In this document: positions 9,953 through 19,877 of the stretch, piece after piece
Position numbering within the stretch: the first letter of the stretch is position 1
Layout of the letters: each line of letters opens with the position of its first letter
Origin: a virus
Lineage: Duplodnaviria > Caudoviricetes
Length of the DNA: 64,000 bases
Virus record (IMG/VR): IMGVR_UViG_3300037067_001478
Span: 1,258 to 65,257 of that record
Strand: one strand, 5' to 3'
Notes under the pieces: model-generated
The model's database searches: none
Seen by the model: only the letters and a program-made list of their open reading frames with translations
Told to the model about the DNA's origin: nothing
Translations under genes and position numbers: made by a program

Positions 9953-10196
9953 TCTTCTCTCCTGGCACAGTAATGTTACCAGTTTCACAAAACTCGACAA
10001 GCCAGTTTGTATAGACTTGCGCTTTCTTAACATCTTCGATACCGTTCTTGAATCCCTCACGCATGACATACTTTACGATGTTGCCTTTGAGGAATCCCTT
10101 AAAGGCTTCAGGTGAAAGACTTGCTTGCATGAACCGAATTGGTTGTATCTTCTGAACCATATAATGATTCAGTTCTGCTACATTTTTCTCTACCAT
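9945..10196 (-). CDS. DUF3310-family protein
   Basis: NHY...QPI, GFLKGNIVKY..R.G.KNGIEDVKKA..Y. Confidence 0.8.
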   Translation of the reverse strand: MVEKNVAELNHYMVQKIQPIRFMQASLSPEAFKGFLKGNIVKYVMREGFKNGIEDVKKAQVYTNWLVEFCETGNITVPGEKND

Positions 10197-10370
10197 GATG
10201 AACCTCTTGATTTCGGTTTCTGTTTGTATTTTGTTTCACCAGTTCTCTCGAAGTACGCTTTGTCCTCTGCCTTTTGGGATTGTCGCATACCTTTAAGAAT
10301 TGGAGTGATGTCGTGATGACAGAATTTACTGGCATCTTTATCCTGTATCTTCTGTCCTTTCACTCTTGTT

Positions 10371-12638
10371 CTACGGATTGTTCTGCTCATCTTCATCATC
10401 TCTATCGTAAGTGTTGATGAACTGATCGAATGAAGTCTGACCAAGAATGACGCTGTTCCAATTAACACCGAGAGATTCAACCAGACTTCTCATCTTCTGC
10501 GTGACGGTTTTATCACACATGATTGACCAGTCGATTGTGATGCGGTTGATAACATCCTCGTGCTTCGTATCATCCCTGAAACAAATCATCTTCACTGGTG
10601 CTTTACAGTAGAGCAGTTTAGGTTTATCACTCTGGTCGAAACGTATGCCGAGATATTGTTCACCAGCACGTCGCCCTTTTCCCCATGCAGTTTCTTTCTT
10701 GTCTGCCTTTACTGCTTTCGGGATTGCAACCTGATGAATGTCAATCTTTCCTGCCTGAACATCTTTAATTGCTTTGCTGACGAGAGCAACGGCTCCTTCA
10801 ACATCGGCTCTGATGAGAACCATCTCAAAGAAATCTTCCATGAGTTTTTTAGTGAGAGGCGCAGTATCGGAACGATTGATTTCAATACCAGTGTAAGCGA
10901 GTTCGTCTTTGTCATGTCCATCTTTCCATACGAGGTGACCAGCATACTTCTTCTTTGCTGCTTCTTCACTCCCGATTTTCTTTTTGAACATCACACGGTC
11001 ATAGAGTTTCTCAAACTTAATCGTCGGAGCAAACTCTGGTTTGACGTGATGCCGAACCGCCCACTGTTTCAGGTATTCATTGACGAGTCGTTGAATTTCA
11101 AGTCCTTCTGCCACCGTTTTAACTGTGCTAATGAAGGTTGAATCTGTGTCACCGTATTCGATGTGATACCCCAATCCGATAAGGTAGTTGCGTAACTCCT
11201 CGGCGATTTCTCGCCCAACTCTGGTAATTTGTTTAGCACCTTCAGGGTAATACAACCTGGCGTAGATACTTCCAAGATAACCATAAAAGGCGTTTGCCAC
11301 GTATTTGAGTGACTGCTCACTAGTTTCAGTTGAATCATCTGCTTCTCCTGACATCCTCAATGCACGTAATTTCTCACGCTCGTTGAGGACGTATGTGATT
11401 GTCTTTGGAATCATCCCGTCAATGTCGGGTGAGATGTTGAACGCAAGAATGATTGAAGGATACAACGCTTTTAAGTCCAGACACGCCACCCATTGCTTCA
11501 TGCCAGGCGTTGGCTGGTGAACGTATGCACCCTCGAATGTTTCGCGCTCTCTATCTTTCTTCACTGGTATGGGTTTGATTCCTTTGCGCATGAGTAGAGT
11601 TTCGACGAGGACAGTTCTCTTAATGATGTCGTCCATCTTTACGCCGATTAATTTACGGAGTGATTCGTGATACTTCCATAGTCCGAAGCGCGCATCGATT
11701 TTTTCCAGAGCGATAATATCATTCTCTAGGTATTCGACGATGGCTTCCCATTTATCTGCGGCGATTAACTCACAGATATGCGCTCCTTGTTCTTCATACT
11801 TGAAGTCACAGAATGTCCTGGCGATATACTTCAAACCATACGACGGCTGCTGACCCATTGGCTTTGACCAATCTTTGAACAGCAGATACATATCAGCATG
11901 GCTTCGTCCAGGAATCTCCCATTCATTTGGTGGCATCTTCCTCATACGAGAAATACCAGAGATGTCAGCGTGAACTAACTTCGCTCGGTTTCTTATATAG
12001 GGAAAATCAAAATCATCGCTGCACCAACCAGTAACGATGTCTGGGTCAAGAGCGTGGATATATTCTGCAAAAGCCACCAATAACTCTCGCTCTGTTTTAT
12101 AGTCTGTATGATGGTCATTGATTTTTCTCCCTGCTCCGAATGTGTATATGGTGCGTTCTTTAGTGAACGAATCACTCATGCCGATTGCGACGATAGGATA
12201 CTCTTGATGTGCCTCGTCTATACCTTTCTCCGAAGGAATCGCAACTTCAATATCGAACATTACGATACGTGGCATTAAGAATGGAACCTCGATGGGTTTT
12301 AAGTTCTCATCGAAGCCATACGATATGCCTTTATCAATGACGAATTTGTAATCCAGCGATATATCGGACTCGAAAGTTTCAATCTTCTGACGCTTATACT
12401 GTGTGCGTTCAAGGCGTGATAACTTTACCGAGTCGAATGTAACCTTCGAGATAGGTTGTCCGTAGCAGTTCAAGAGGTCGCCTTGTGCGTCCTCAATGTA
12501 GTAATACGGCTTGTAAGTATTGACACCGAATCGTTTTACTTCTCCTGTGTCCACGTCGCGTCCAAAAATTAATACCATTGGAGGCTTGTTGGCTACCTCA
12601 TGATAGGTGGAGGATTCCCATACATAACGTGCCATCAT
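10371..12638 (-). CDS. polB: family B DNA polymerase
   Basis: Exonuclease FDIE; DLKALYPSII, K...NAFYGY, YGDTDS, KKKYAG; C-terminal PIP-like QTSFDQF. Confidence 0.96.
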   Translation of the reverse strand: MMARYVWESSTYHEVANKPPMVLIFGRDVDTGEVKRFGVNTYKPYYYIEDAQGDLLNCYGQPISKVTFDSVKLSRLERTQYKRQKIETFESDISLDYKFVIDKGISYGFDENLKPIEVPFLMPRIVMFDIEVAIPSEKGIDEAHQEYPIVAIGMSDSFTKERTIYTFGAGRKINDHHTDYKTERELLVAFAEYIHALDPDIVTGWCSDDFDFPYIRNRAKLVHADISGISRMRKMPPNEWEIPGRSHADMYLLFKDWSKPMGQQPSYGLKYIARTFCDFKYEEQGAHICELIAADKWEAIVEYLENDIIALEKIDARFGLWKYHESLRKLIGVKMDDIIKRTVLVETLLMRKGIKPIPVKKDRERETFEGAYVHQPTPGMKQWVACLDLKALYPSIILAFNISPDIDGMIPKTITYVLNEREKLRALRMSGEADDSTETSEQSLKYVANAFYGYLGSIYARLYYPEGAKQITRVGREIAEELRNYLIGLGYHIEYGDTDSTFISTVKTVAEGLEIQRLVNEYLKQWAVRHHVKPEFAPTIKFEKLYDRVMFKKKIGSEEAAKKKYAGHLVWKDGHDKDELAYTGIEINRSDTAPLTKKLMEDFFEMVLIRADVEGAVALVSKAIKDVQAGKIDIHQVAIPKAVKADKKETAWGKGRRAGEQYLGIRFDQSDKPKLLYCKAPVKMICFRDDTKHEDVINRITIDWSIMCDKTVTQKMRSLVESLGVNWNSVILGQTSFDQFINTYDRDDEDEQNNP

Positions 12639-13036
12639 GTCCTCTTACAATAGAAGTCGAGAATGTGTTTAATCATCCTCGAACAATGTTTTTCAAGCAT
12701 TTCATTTTGGACTTCGAGTTCGATGCTGTGTTTTATTGCTGCATCTCTATCTTCACGAAGTTCTTCCTTCTCTTTTATACACTTCTGAAGATCGGTAAGA
12801 ACTTTGGTCATGTGGAATGATAGGTTATTATACTTCTCCTGAAGTGTGAGAACCTTACCAAGTATTTCACGACCAGAGATACGAACCAATGCTCCATTAA
12901 ACTCCATGATGTAGTTTCCATCATCATCTTCAATAGAAGTGATACGACATGGGAACGAACAATCTAATCTCTGCCCAACCAGGACTAAATCGCCTATCCC
13001 ATAATGATTCTGTTTCAGAATGTCGGTCGGAGCCAT
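12635..13036 (-). CDS. hypothetical protein with coiled coil
   Basis: ORF overlapping polB start. Confidence 0.5.
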   Translation of the reverse strand: MAPTDILKQNHYGIGDLVLVGQRLDCSFPCRITSIEDDDGNYIMEFNGALVRISGREILGKVLTLQEKYNNLSFHMTKVLTDLQKCIKEKEELREDRDAAIKHSIELEVQNEMLEKHCSRMIKHILDFYCKRT

Positions 13037-13719
13037 AAAACTTTCACCATTTTCCTTTTTATCAGAGGGTATTCATTGAGTGCATCGAGAGTTTTACCAG
13101 TGTTATGCCTAAACATTTTGGTAAATTCCTCTCTGATTCTCTCATCGCTCACAGTATTGAATAAATTCTCAACGTAAAGCGGATGATAGAGAATTGTTTC
13201 TGTGTCAGGTGCTATTGTGAACCCAAGAGTGATGGAGAACCGAAGGATACGAAGCACCCTTAAGTAATCTTCAGCACAACGAGTTTCAACATCACCAACA
13301 GCACGAATAGTTCGATTCTTTATGTCTGCCAGACCATTATAAGGGTCTACGAGCGACTGATCATAAGGATTCATGGCAATAGCATTGATTGTTAGATCAC
13401 GCCTTGCCAAATCTTCCTCGATAGTGCCTACTTCAACGCTTTCAGGGTGTCGTCCATCTTTGTAGATGCCTTCTTTACGACAGAGAGTGTAGTCGATAGG
13501 AACTTTGTCAACGATGGCTCTGATGGTAAAGAATTTAGGAGTTTCGACTTTGATGTCTGCTCCTTTTTCGAGGACAAAGGCTCGCATTTCCTCGTAAGAG
13601 GATGCTTCAACAGCAATATCAACGTCACTGTGCTTTGAGATAGGTGTGCCGTGAACTCTGTTGATGAGCATATCTCGAACCATGCCACCGACGTAGTATT
13701 CGTTTACCATTTGAACCAC
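13015..13719 (-). CDS. cca: class II tRNA nucleotidyltransferase (CCA-adding-like)
   Basis: VGGMVRD, DVDI, RRDLTINA, DPYNGLADI, EDYLRVLRILRF, SDERIREE. Confidence 0.9.
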   Translation of the reverse strand: MVQMVNEYYVGGMVRDMLINRVHGTPISKHSDVDIAVEASSYEEMRAFVLEKGADIKVETPKFFTIRAIVDKVPIDYTLCRKEGIYKDGRHPESVEVGTIEEDLARRDLTINAIAMNPYDQSLVDPYNGLADIKNRTIRAVGDVETRCAEDYLRVLRILRFSITLGFTIAPDTETILYHPLYVENLFNTVSDERIREEFTKMFRHNTGKTLDALNEYPLIKRKMVKVLWLRPTF

Positions 13720-14550
13720 CTAGATGTATTTCAGACCTGAACGCTTTTCAAGGAGATTGATAATGTCAACCCATGCTGGATTAACAACGACATCCTTCTC
13801 TGGATTGGGGAGTGGGCCGTCACGAGTCTTGATGAGAATGAAATTGTTTCCACCCTTACCATCCTTGCGGAGTTCTCCGACGTTATTCCACAGGAACTTG
13901 GTGTCCTTGTGCCAAACGCCATCGCGCTCCTCGGTCTTTTCTCCTTTGTCGTTATAGATTGAAACGGTTTTGAATGTGAGGACAACGTGCCATGAACATG
14001 CTCGCAGCGTCGTAAGGAAATCTGCCCAACGTCTGTTACGCTTTGAGTATTCAGTCTGCATGAGGAAACCAGAGTTCGTGTATTTCAAGTCCTTCTGCTC
14101 ATACAACCACTGTGTCAGCCATGTCCATACATCGGTAGCGCTGTCGATGACAATTGTTCCTTCCTCGCCTTCAGGAGTGTTGTGAATCTTCTCATCGAGG
14201 AGATTAATTGCACTCATTACTGCTTCGAGGCTCTCACCGTAATCGATTTTCTCTTTGCTACCTTTGACCTTAATGAACTTAAGAACTTCGAGGATATGAA
14301 TATCTTTCTGTTCATCTTCGGGGAAGTTCTTTGCAATCATACGTGCGCTGTTCTCTGTGTCAATGAAGTAAATTGGTTTCTTGGCGGTACATGCGAGGTG
14401 AGTTTTACCCACACCAGCGTCAGCCATGACACCGAGTTTACATCCTGGCACACGAGATAATTCGTTGGAAGGAGTGAACAAATCTGCGAGAGATGTTCCC
14501 TTCTCAACTGCTTGTTTCTTTCCGAAAGCCGCCATTATAACACCATACAT
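13720..14550 (-). CDS. AAA_24/Sak4-like RecA-fold ATPase
   Basis: ADAGVGKT Walker A, YFIDTE, IVIDSAT. Confidence 0.7.
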   Translation of the reverse strand: MYGVIMAAFGKKQAVEKGTSLADLFTPSNELSRVPGCKLGVMADAGVGKTHLACTAKKPIYFIDTENSARMIAKNFPEDEQKDIHILEVLKFIKVKGSKEKIDYGESLEAVMSAINLLDEKIHNTPEGEEGTIVIDSATDVWTWLTQWLYEQKDLKYTNSGFLMQTEYSKRNRRWADFLTTLRACSWHVVLTFKTVSIYNDKGEKTEERDGVWHKDTKFLWNNVGELRKDGKGGNNFILIKTRDGPLPNPEKDVVVNPAWVDIINLLEKRSGLKYI

Positions 14551-14709
14551 GCAAGGGCGATAGCGAGCATAATCAGGCCTGCAAATATCTCCGTTGCTTG
14601 TTTCTTTGTATCGTGTTCAAACGCGCCGACAATTACATTGGCGACACCGCTAAACACCCAGATGTAGAAGATTAACTGCAAAAATAAATTATAGTTTACA
14701 GTTATCATT

Positions 14710-15711
14710 CTACGCCTCGACCATTTCTACATCATCGTCGAGGAAACTGTCTGATGTCGATTCAGGGTTGGTGAACATACCTACCCATGACGGGCTTGCA
14801 TCCCACTCGCCCTTCGGCGTTCCCTGAACGAACAGGAGAATTGTTTCGGTTGTTGGTTCGGCGAGTTCTGTTGCTGCTGCAACGTCCTCGTTTCCTGCGA
14901 AACCAGTGACACCTTTCATATTGTCAGCGTCATATACTCCGAGTCTCCAGCCGCCGTTGGAACATTGCATCTTCGACTTAACGAAGGCGTTAGTGATACC
15001 AAACGTATAGGGCTTGAGTTCTCCCATCTCGTCGAGAGATACAGAGCGTGGATCTTCTGCTGCTACATCGTAGAGCATATCCCACATCTCGCCCTTTGCG
15101 AGTGTGCGGAGCGATGAGATACCAGACTTGCCGACACGAATCATTCCGTTCGGTTTCTTCTTGCCGTATATCTGATACTCCCTGCCGAGTTGTGCGTCGT
15201 AGTCACCGACTACTTCGACAATCTCACTGTCAACGATGAAGTATCCCTGGCGTTCATTCGAGTGGCGCAGAGGTTTACCGAACCCGAAGTTGGTAATCTT
15301 TCCTGCCTTGTCGATGAACTCACGGTTATCGATGATTGCGTAACCGATTGCACCAGTGTTGTCGTCAGTGACTTCCTTGATGTCGCCCTTCTCAATGAGT
15401 TTCTTAAGAAGTGCTTTGTTGGCTGGCAACTGTGCGTTCTCGGCGATGGGCTTGAACGTATCAAATATCCGTCCATTCCTGTCGCGCTTGCGTCCATATC
15501 CGACACATACACCAGTGAATTTCTCACCTGATGCTGCTGTCAGTTTCATCTTTACGAGGTGCTGTGTGATGACTGCGGTAATCTTATCGTCAGTGACATC
15601 TTCACCGTACTTCTCGCGTGTCTTTGCAACCCACTCTTTTACTTTTGCTTCGGCTGCTTTCTTCTCAACACCAGACCCAACGAGGTCTGCAACAAATTTC
15701 TTTATATCCAT
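14710..15711 (-). CDS. probable ssDNA-binding protein
   Basis: Next to Sak4-like ATPase; beta-rich; acidic tail SFLDDDVEMVEA. Confidence 0.5.
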   Translation of the reverse strand: MDIKKFVADLVGSGVEKKAAEAKVKEWVAKTREKYGEDVTDDKITAVITQHLVKMKLTAASGEKFTGVCVGYGRKRDRNGRIFDTFKPIAENAQLPANKALLKKLIEKGDIKEVTDDNTGAIGYAIIDNREFIDKAGKITNFGFGKPLRHSNERQGYFIVDSEIVEVVGDYDAQLGREYQIYGKKKPNGMIRVGKSGISSLRTLAKGEMWDMLYDVAAEDPRSVSLDEMGELKPYTFGITNAFVKSKMQCSNGGWRLGVYDADNMKGVTGFAGNEDVAAATELAEPTTETILLFVQGTPKGEWDASPSWVGMFTNPESTSDSFLDDDVEMVEA

Positions 15712-15742
15712 AGTTAGTTCTCTCCTTAATCAATTGTTTTGT

Positions 15743-15997
15743 TCACGTTATCTTTACATCATCGAGTGCGTTATACTGTCGGAGTTGTGCATACCACTCC
15801 GCTTTTGCGTAATAGATAGAATTTTCTATCTTGATTTTACACAACTTGCCTTTGTCTACGAACTTCTGGCAATAGTATCTTGCTTCTCGATTGGTCAAGA
15901 CAAACTTCTTCGAGATGAAGGCGGGATCGTATATGACGTGTAAATCCCATTCATTCTCTATCCAGTTTGCTATCATCCCCTCTCGCTCATTAATCAT
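15743..15997 (-). CDS. winged-helix DNA-binding protein
   Basis: REARYYCQKFVDKGKL..IKIENSIYY recognition helix and wing pattern. Confidence 0.5.
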   Translation of the reverse strand: MINEREGMIANWIENEWDLHVIYDPAFISKKFVLTNREARYYCQKFVDKGKLCKIKIENSIYYAKAEWYAQLRQYNALDDVKIT

Positions 15998-16243
15998 AAA
16001 TCCTCATATCCTCATCGGAATGTCTTAACATTTTACCGTAGTTAAACAGAAATGCTTTAACATTATCAGGATTTTCTACGAGTGGTGTAAGGAATACAAT
16101 GTGATAGGTTACAAAGTGTTCCCGACATGCAGCCTTGAAAGCCGCCCACTTGATCTCGAATGACTTCGGTGATATTACAAAGAAGTAAGCGTTTGTAACG
16201 TCAGTCAATACAATCTCACCATCGTAATTGTTCGATGTCAATA

Positions 16244-16681
16244 CTACCAGCGACATAATTTATCACGCTCGCTACTGACTATCAAACAACACTTGCCATT
16301 TTCATCGACCAGTGTATTCCAATTCGATTCAATGAGTTTCATGAAATACTGATACGAGAAAGCGCAACCCTTCTCTTTGGTTAACACGATATAGATAGGT
16401 CTTACTGGCGTATGTGGCTTGCGAGTAATGAGTATCTGTTCACGTATCAAATCCAAATAGTGTTCTGTCTTGGCGCGCCTAGCATTTCGCTTTTCGAGTT
16501 TGTCCTCGAAGAATTTGATTAAATCCAAGATGTTCAAAACACACTTCCTATATAAGATTGTTTTAAAAGTATTTAAATGCTCGTTTTCAGGCGTTATTTT
16601 GAACGCCATCACCATACATTTCTTCACAGTCACAGCAGTCTGCCATATCGAGTGGCCAAGGGCATGGTTCACCACGCTCAC
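16244..16681 (-). CDS. hypothetical protein
   Basis: ORF in operon. Confidence 0.4.
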   Translation of the reverse strand: MSVVNHALGHSIWQTAVTVKKCMVMAFKITPENEHLNTFKTILYRKCVLNILDLIKFFEDKLEKRNARRAKTEHYLDLIREQILITRKPHTPVRPIYIVLTKEKGCAFSYQYFMKLIESNWNTLVDENGKCCLIVSSERDKLCRW

Positions 16682-16687
16682 ATGGGG

Positions 16688-17173
16688 TCATTCATTCACT
16701 ACCATTGTGAAAGTTCCGATGAGAAGTTTCTTCACTTCATCATAGATACCAGGCGACGTAGACTCTCTGTTGCCAGCGATATTTACAATCTTGTAACTAC
16801 CGATAGCGCATCGAATCTGATACGCTGTACTTCCCGTCATATCCATGAGAGGTTTGTGATACTGCGCGCACTTACGCTTTGTCGCTATGAATCCTGGCGT
16901 ATCACCCTTACCAAACCAGAGAGTGATGTCAGAATTATAGACGTTAAGTGCTGTTCTCACTGGATACCCTGAACCTGAATCAATCAGTCCAAACTCACGG
17001 AGTGAACGGTCACGTCCATTCTCTGTGAGGTAGCCGCATGGTGCATACCCACCAGTTTCAAGACCACACTCCTTTGCAGCCTCTAGTCCAGCGCGGTCAA
17101 CACCAGTTTGCCCACCTGAAATAATTTTAATCATCATGGTATCATCCCTGGAAGCATATAAGCATGGTTCCAT
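16688..17173 (-). CDS. SLOG-superfamily protein (putative molybdenum carrier / cpYpsA-like)
   Basis: IISGGQTGVDRAGL, RTALNVYNSD, VNIAGNRES. Confidence 0.85.
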   Translation of the reverse strand: MEPCLYASRDDTMMIKIISGGQTGVDRAGLEAAKECGLETGGYAPCGYLTENGRDRSLREFGLIDSGSGYPVRTALNVYNSDITLWFGKGDTPGFIATKRKCAQYHKPLMDMTGSTAYQIRCAIGSYKIVNIAGNRESTSPGIYDEVKKLLIGTFTMVVNE

Positions 17174-17682
17174 TGAGGCGACACATAATAATAAATCTCA
17201 TCGACAGAAGTATCAGAATGTATCGTCTTAAATTTAATACGATTTTCTTGAAGAACTTTGATGAGTGCCTCACCAATTTTATCCGATTCCGATTCAGTCT
17301 GGTTACGTCCAGCAGGATTATACTCCTTCGTCCTCGTGATATAGAGATTGATGTTGTCGAACTCATCCCACTTTTCTCTGACGAGATACTTGAAATTACG
17401 ACTCTGCTTCTCCCCATAATAGAGTGAGAGAATGAGAGGCGAGTCGGTAATGATATACTCGACTTTATCTTTCAGACGGAACTGTGCGTTGTATTGCTTT
17501 GCAAACACATACAGTTGGTCTGTCAGAATGTTCTGCGCTCCACGCCAAGTTACTCCTTTAGCATACTCGGCAACCAGTTCACAGTTAACGCCTTTGCGTT
17601 TGAGATATGTGAACATCGCTGCTGCATGAGTGGACTTACCAGCACCAGGCGCTCCAACAAAGTTGATTACTTTCTGTTTCAT
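17134..17682 (-). CDS. AAA_28/NadR-like P-loop kinase
   Basis: GAPGAGKST, VAEYAK, ITDSPL, GRNQTE. Confidence 0.8.
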   Translation of the reverse strand: MKQKVINFVGAPGAGKSTHAAAMFTYLKRKGVNCELVAEYAKGVTWRGAQNILTDQLYVFAKQYNAQFRLKDKVEYIITDSPLILSLYYGEKQSRNFKYLVREKWDEFDNINLYITRTKEYNPAGRNQTESESDKIGEALIKVLQENRIKFKTIHSDTSVDEIYYYVSPQWNHAYMLPGMIP

Positions 17683-17708
17683 TGCATCACCAAAATCAAA
17701 ACTACTGT

Positions 17709-17738
17709 TCCAGCAGCATGTTATTAGACCCTACCAGA
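17709..17738 (-). promoter_or_regulatory. 30-bp dyad TAATAA element
   Basis: Minus strand TCTGGTAG GGTC TAATAA CATG CTGCTGGA; 38 nt upstream of ATG 17682, GGTGA RBS in between. Confidence 0.75.
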
Positions 17739-17790
17739 AAAAATAATTATCGTTCTGCATAATTGTGCATGGCATATTGCCAATGCCTTA

Positions 17791-18966
17791 TTACGCTTTC
17801 AGATTATAGACAGGTTTCAGGTAGTAGAGAATCTTTGCTGTCGGTTCAATGGCTGCACTTATCATCTGATAGTCTTTGTAACAATCAGGACACTCATCGA
17901 GAGTGCTTGCATTAACACTCGTTGAACAAATACCTTTCATGTCAGCAACATACTTATCGAGTGAGAGATTCTTCTTCGCCTGTGTTCTACTCATTACTCG
18001 ACCAGCACCATGAGGCGCAGAGAAGTTCCATTCAGGATTACTCTTGCCCTCTGCTATGATAGTTCCATCACGCATGTTGAATGGTATAACCATCTTCTCT
18101 CCCTCGTAAGAACGGATGGCTCCCTTACGGATAACCATATCATTCGGGTCAACGTAGTTGTGAATGGACTCAACAATCTCTGTGATGCTGCACGAAAGAG
18201 TATCAGAGATTACATCAGCAATTAAACGACGGTTCGATGCTGCATACTGCTGTGCAAAGAACATATCGACGAAATATTCGTATGCTGCTTCTCCTTCGAG
18301 GTAGGCCAGGTCAGACTTTCCTGCTTTCTTCTGGTGGTAGTTTGCAATCTTAAGTCCGAAGTTACGAGAGCCAGAGTGAACGACGAGCCATACTTTATTC
18401 TCCCTGTCAATATCAACCTCAATGAAATGGTTTCCACCACCGAGTGTTCCCATTGCGTTAATCACTTGTGCTTCACTTGCTATTACTTTCTTACAGAGGT
18501 TAGTGAAGAACCCATGTTCATAATAATCAACGGGAGTGTAGTCAGTTCCAAGCATGTCATTGTAATGTTTAGTGAAAGTGTTTAACTGTCGCTGTGCTTG
18601 GACGGTGATATATGAAGTGAGGAATGTTTTACCATTGTGAATGTTGAATCCAAGAGGAATATTTGAACGAATCTGCTCGTCAAGAATCTCAAAGGTAAAG
18701 TCTGCTTCATCGAAATCCAAGTCGTATTTATATGCGTCCACACCACAGCCAATATCTACGCCGATGGTATTAGGACATACCTTTCCATTGCACTTCTCGG
18801 TGAATCCAATTACTGAACCCTTACCTTCGTGAGTATCGGGCATAATACGAACTGGATTCGTGAATGGAGGCGTGTTCAACATCGAAAGAGTTTGAGAGAT
18901 AACGCCTTCCTCGACGTTATCAATCATTATGAGTGCTTCCCCATACTTTCCTGTCAGTGGTATCAT
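17791..18966 (-). CDS. rtcB: RtcB RNA ligase
   Basis: MPDTH.G.G, IGVDIGCG, GTLGGGNHFIE, HSGSR, SAPHGAGR. Confidence 0.95.
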   Translation of the reverse strand: MIPLTGKYGEALIMIDNVEEGVISQTLSMLNTPPFTNPVRIMPDTHEGKGSVIGFTEKCNGKVCPNTIGVDIGCGVDAYKYDLDFDEADFTFEILDEQIRSNIPLGFNIHNGKTFLTSYITVQAQRQLNTFTKHYNDMLGTDYTPVDYYEHGFFTNLCKKVIASEAQVINAMGTLGGGNHFIEVDIDRENKVWLVVHSGSRNFGLKIANYHQKKAGKSDLAYLEGEAAYEYFVDMFFAQQYAASNRRLIADVISDTLSCSITEIVESIHNYVDPNDMVIRKGAIRSYEGEKMVIPFNMRDGTIIAEGKSNPEWNFSAPHGAGRVMSRTQAKKNLSLDKYVADMKGICSTSVNASTLDECPDCYKDYQMISAAIEPTAKILYYLKPVYNLKA

Positions 18967-19877
18967 AATTGATCCCTCAATGCGATGGCAATTGCTTCAG
19001 CGAACCTCACTGGAACAGCATTGCCTATCATCTTATAGACGTTATCAAGCGTCGTCGATTTGAACTTGAATGAATCACGGAACGTCTGAATCCTGGCGCA
19101 CTCGTGAGTCGATAGACGGAACGCTTTAGATGGGTTGTCAAATTCCCATACGTCAGTGTCAACTTTGTGCATCGGTGATGAGTCTGGATGCAATGGTGTC
19201 TGCCTTCCACTTGCCATGATGGTAAACGATGGCTGATTCCATGTGCGTCTGCGATTACGCGCCATATAAATTGGTGAGTAACTTCCCTTCCATCGGAGAG
19301 GATCGTCAATGTTCACTGGTAAATCTTTAAGCGCGTCTTTGAGAACGAATGAAACTGGAATGTTATGTGGGAATGAAAACAACTGTTTGTCTTTCATCCC
19401 GACGATGATTACTCGCTTGCGGTCCTGGGGTACGCCATAGTCTGCGGCGTTTAAGAGTTTGTATGCGACGGTATATCCAAGTTTCTCAAACTGGTTGATG
19501 ATGTCATTGAACGCATCACCGTGATGCTTTGAGAGAATCCCTGCGACATTTTCTGCGACAAAGAAGCGAGGAGATTTATCTTTGAGGACACGGATATACT
19601 GATTGAATAACTGTCCTCGTTCATCTTTGATACCACGCATCTCACCAGCAGTAGACCACGACTGACACGGCGGGCCACCAATGATACCATCACTGTCAGG
19701 TATCTCATACGATGGTATGTCTTGAATCTTCGCTGTATTTAAAACGCAGCGATGATTAAGTCCATAAGTAGTTGCAACGCTACTCTCGCAATCGTTAGCG
19801 AAAGAGATAAAAAAGCCAGCATTTTCAAACCCTGTATCCAGACCACCGCATCCTGAAAATAAGGATACTAATCTCAT
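18963..19877 (-). CDS. C5 cytosine DNA methyltransferase, M.HaeIII-like
   Basis: LFSGCGG, GGPPCQSWS, ENV, QDRKR; target recognition region GSYSPIYMARNR...ASGRQ..LHP recalls M.HaeIII (GGCC). Confidence 0.9.
   Translation of the reverse strand: MRLVSLFSGCGGLDTGFENAGFFISFANDCESSVATTYGLNHRCVLNTAKIQDIPSYEIPDSDGIIGGPPCQSWSTAGEMRGIKDERGQLFNQYIRVLKDKSPRFFVAENVAGILSKHHGDAFNDIINQFEKLGYTVAYKLLNAADYGVPQDRKRVIIVGMKDKQLFSFPHNIPVSFVLKDALKDLPVNIDDPLRWKGSYSPIYMARNRRRTWNQPSFTIMASGRQTPLHPDSSPMHKVDTDVWEFDNPSKAFRLSTHECARIQTFRDSFKFKSTTLDNVYKMIGNAVPVRFAEAIAIALRDQL

Noticed and set aside
3556-12638. Inteins or introns in nrdJ or polB
   Set aside because: Sizes are normal, motifs are contiguous, no splicing motifs.
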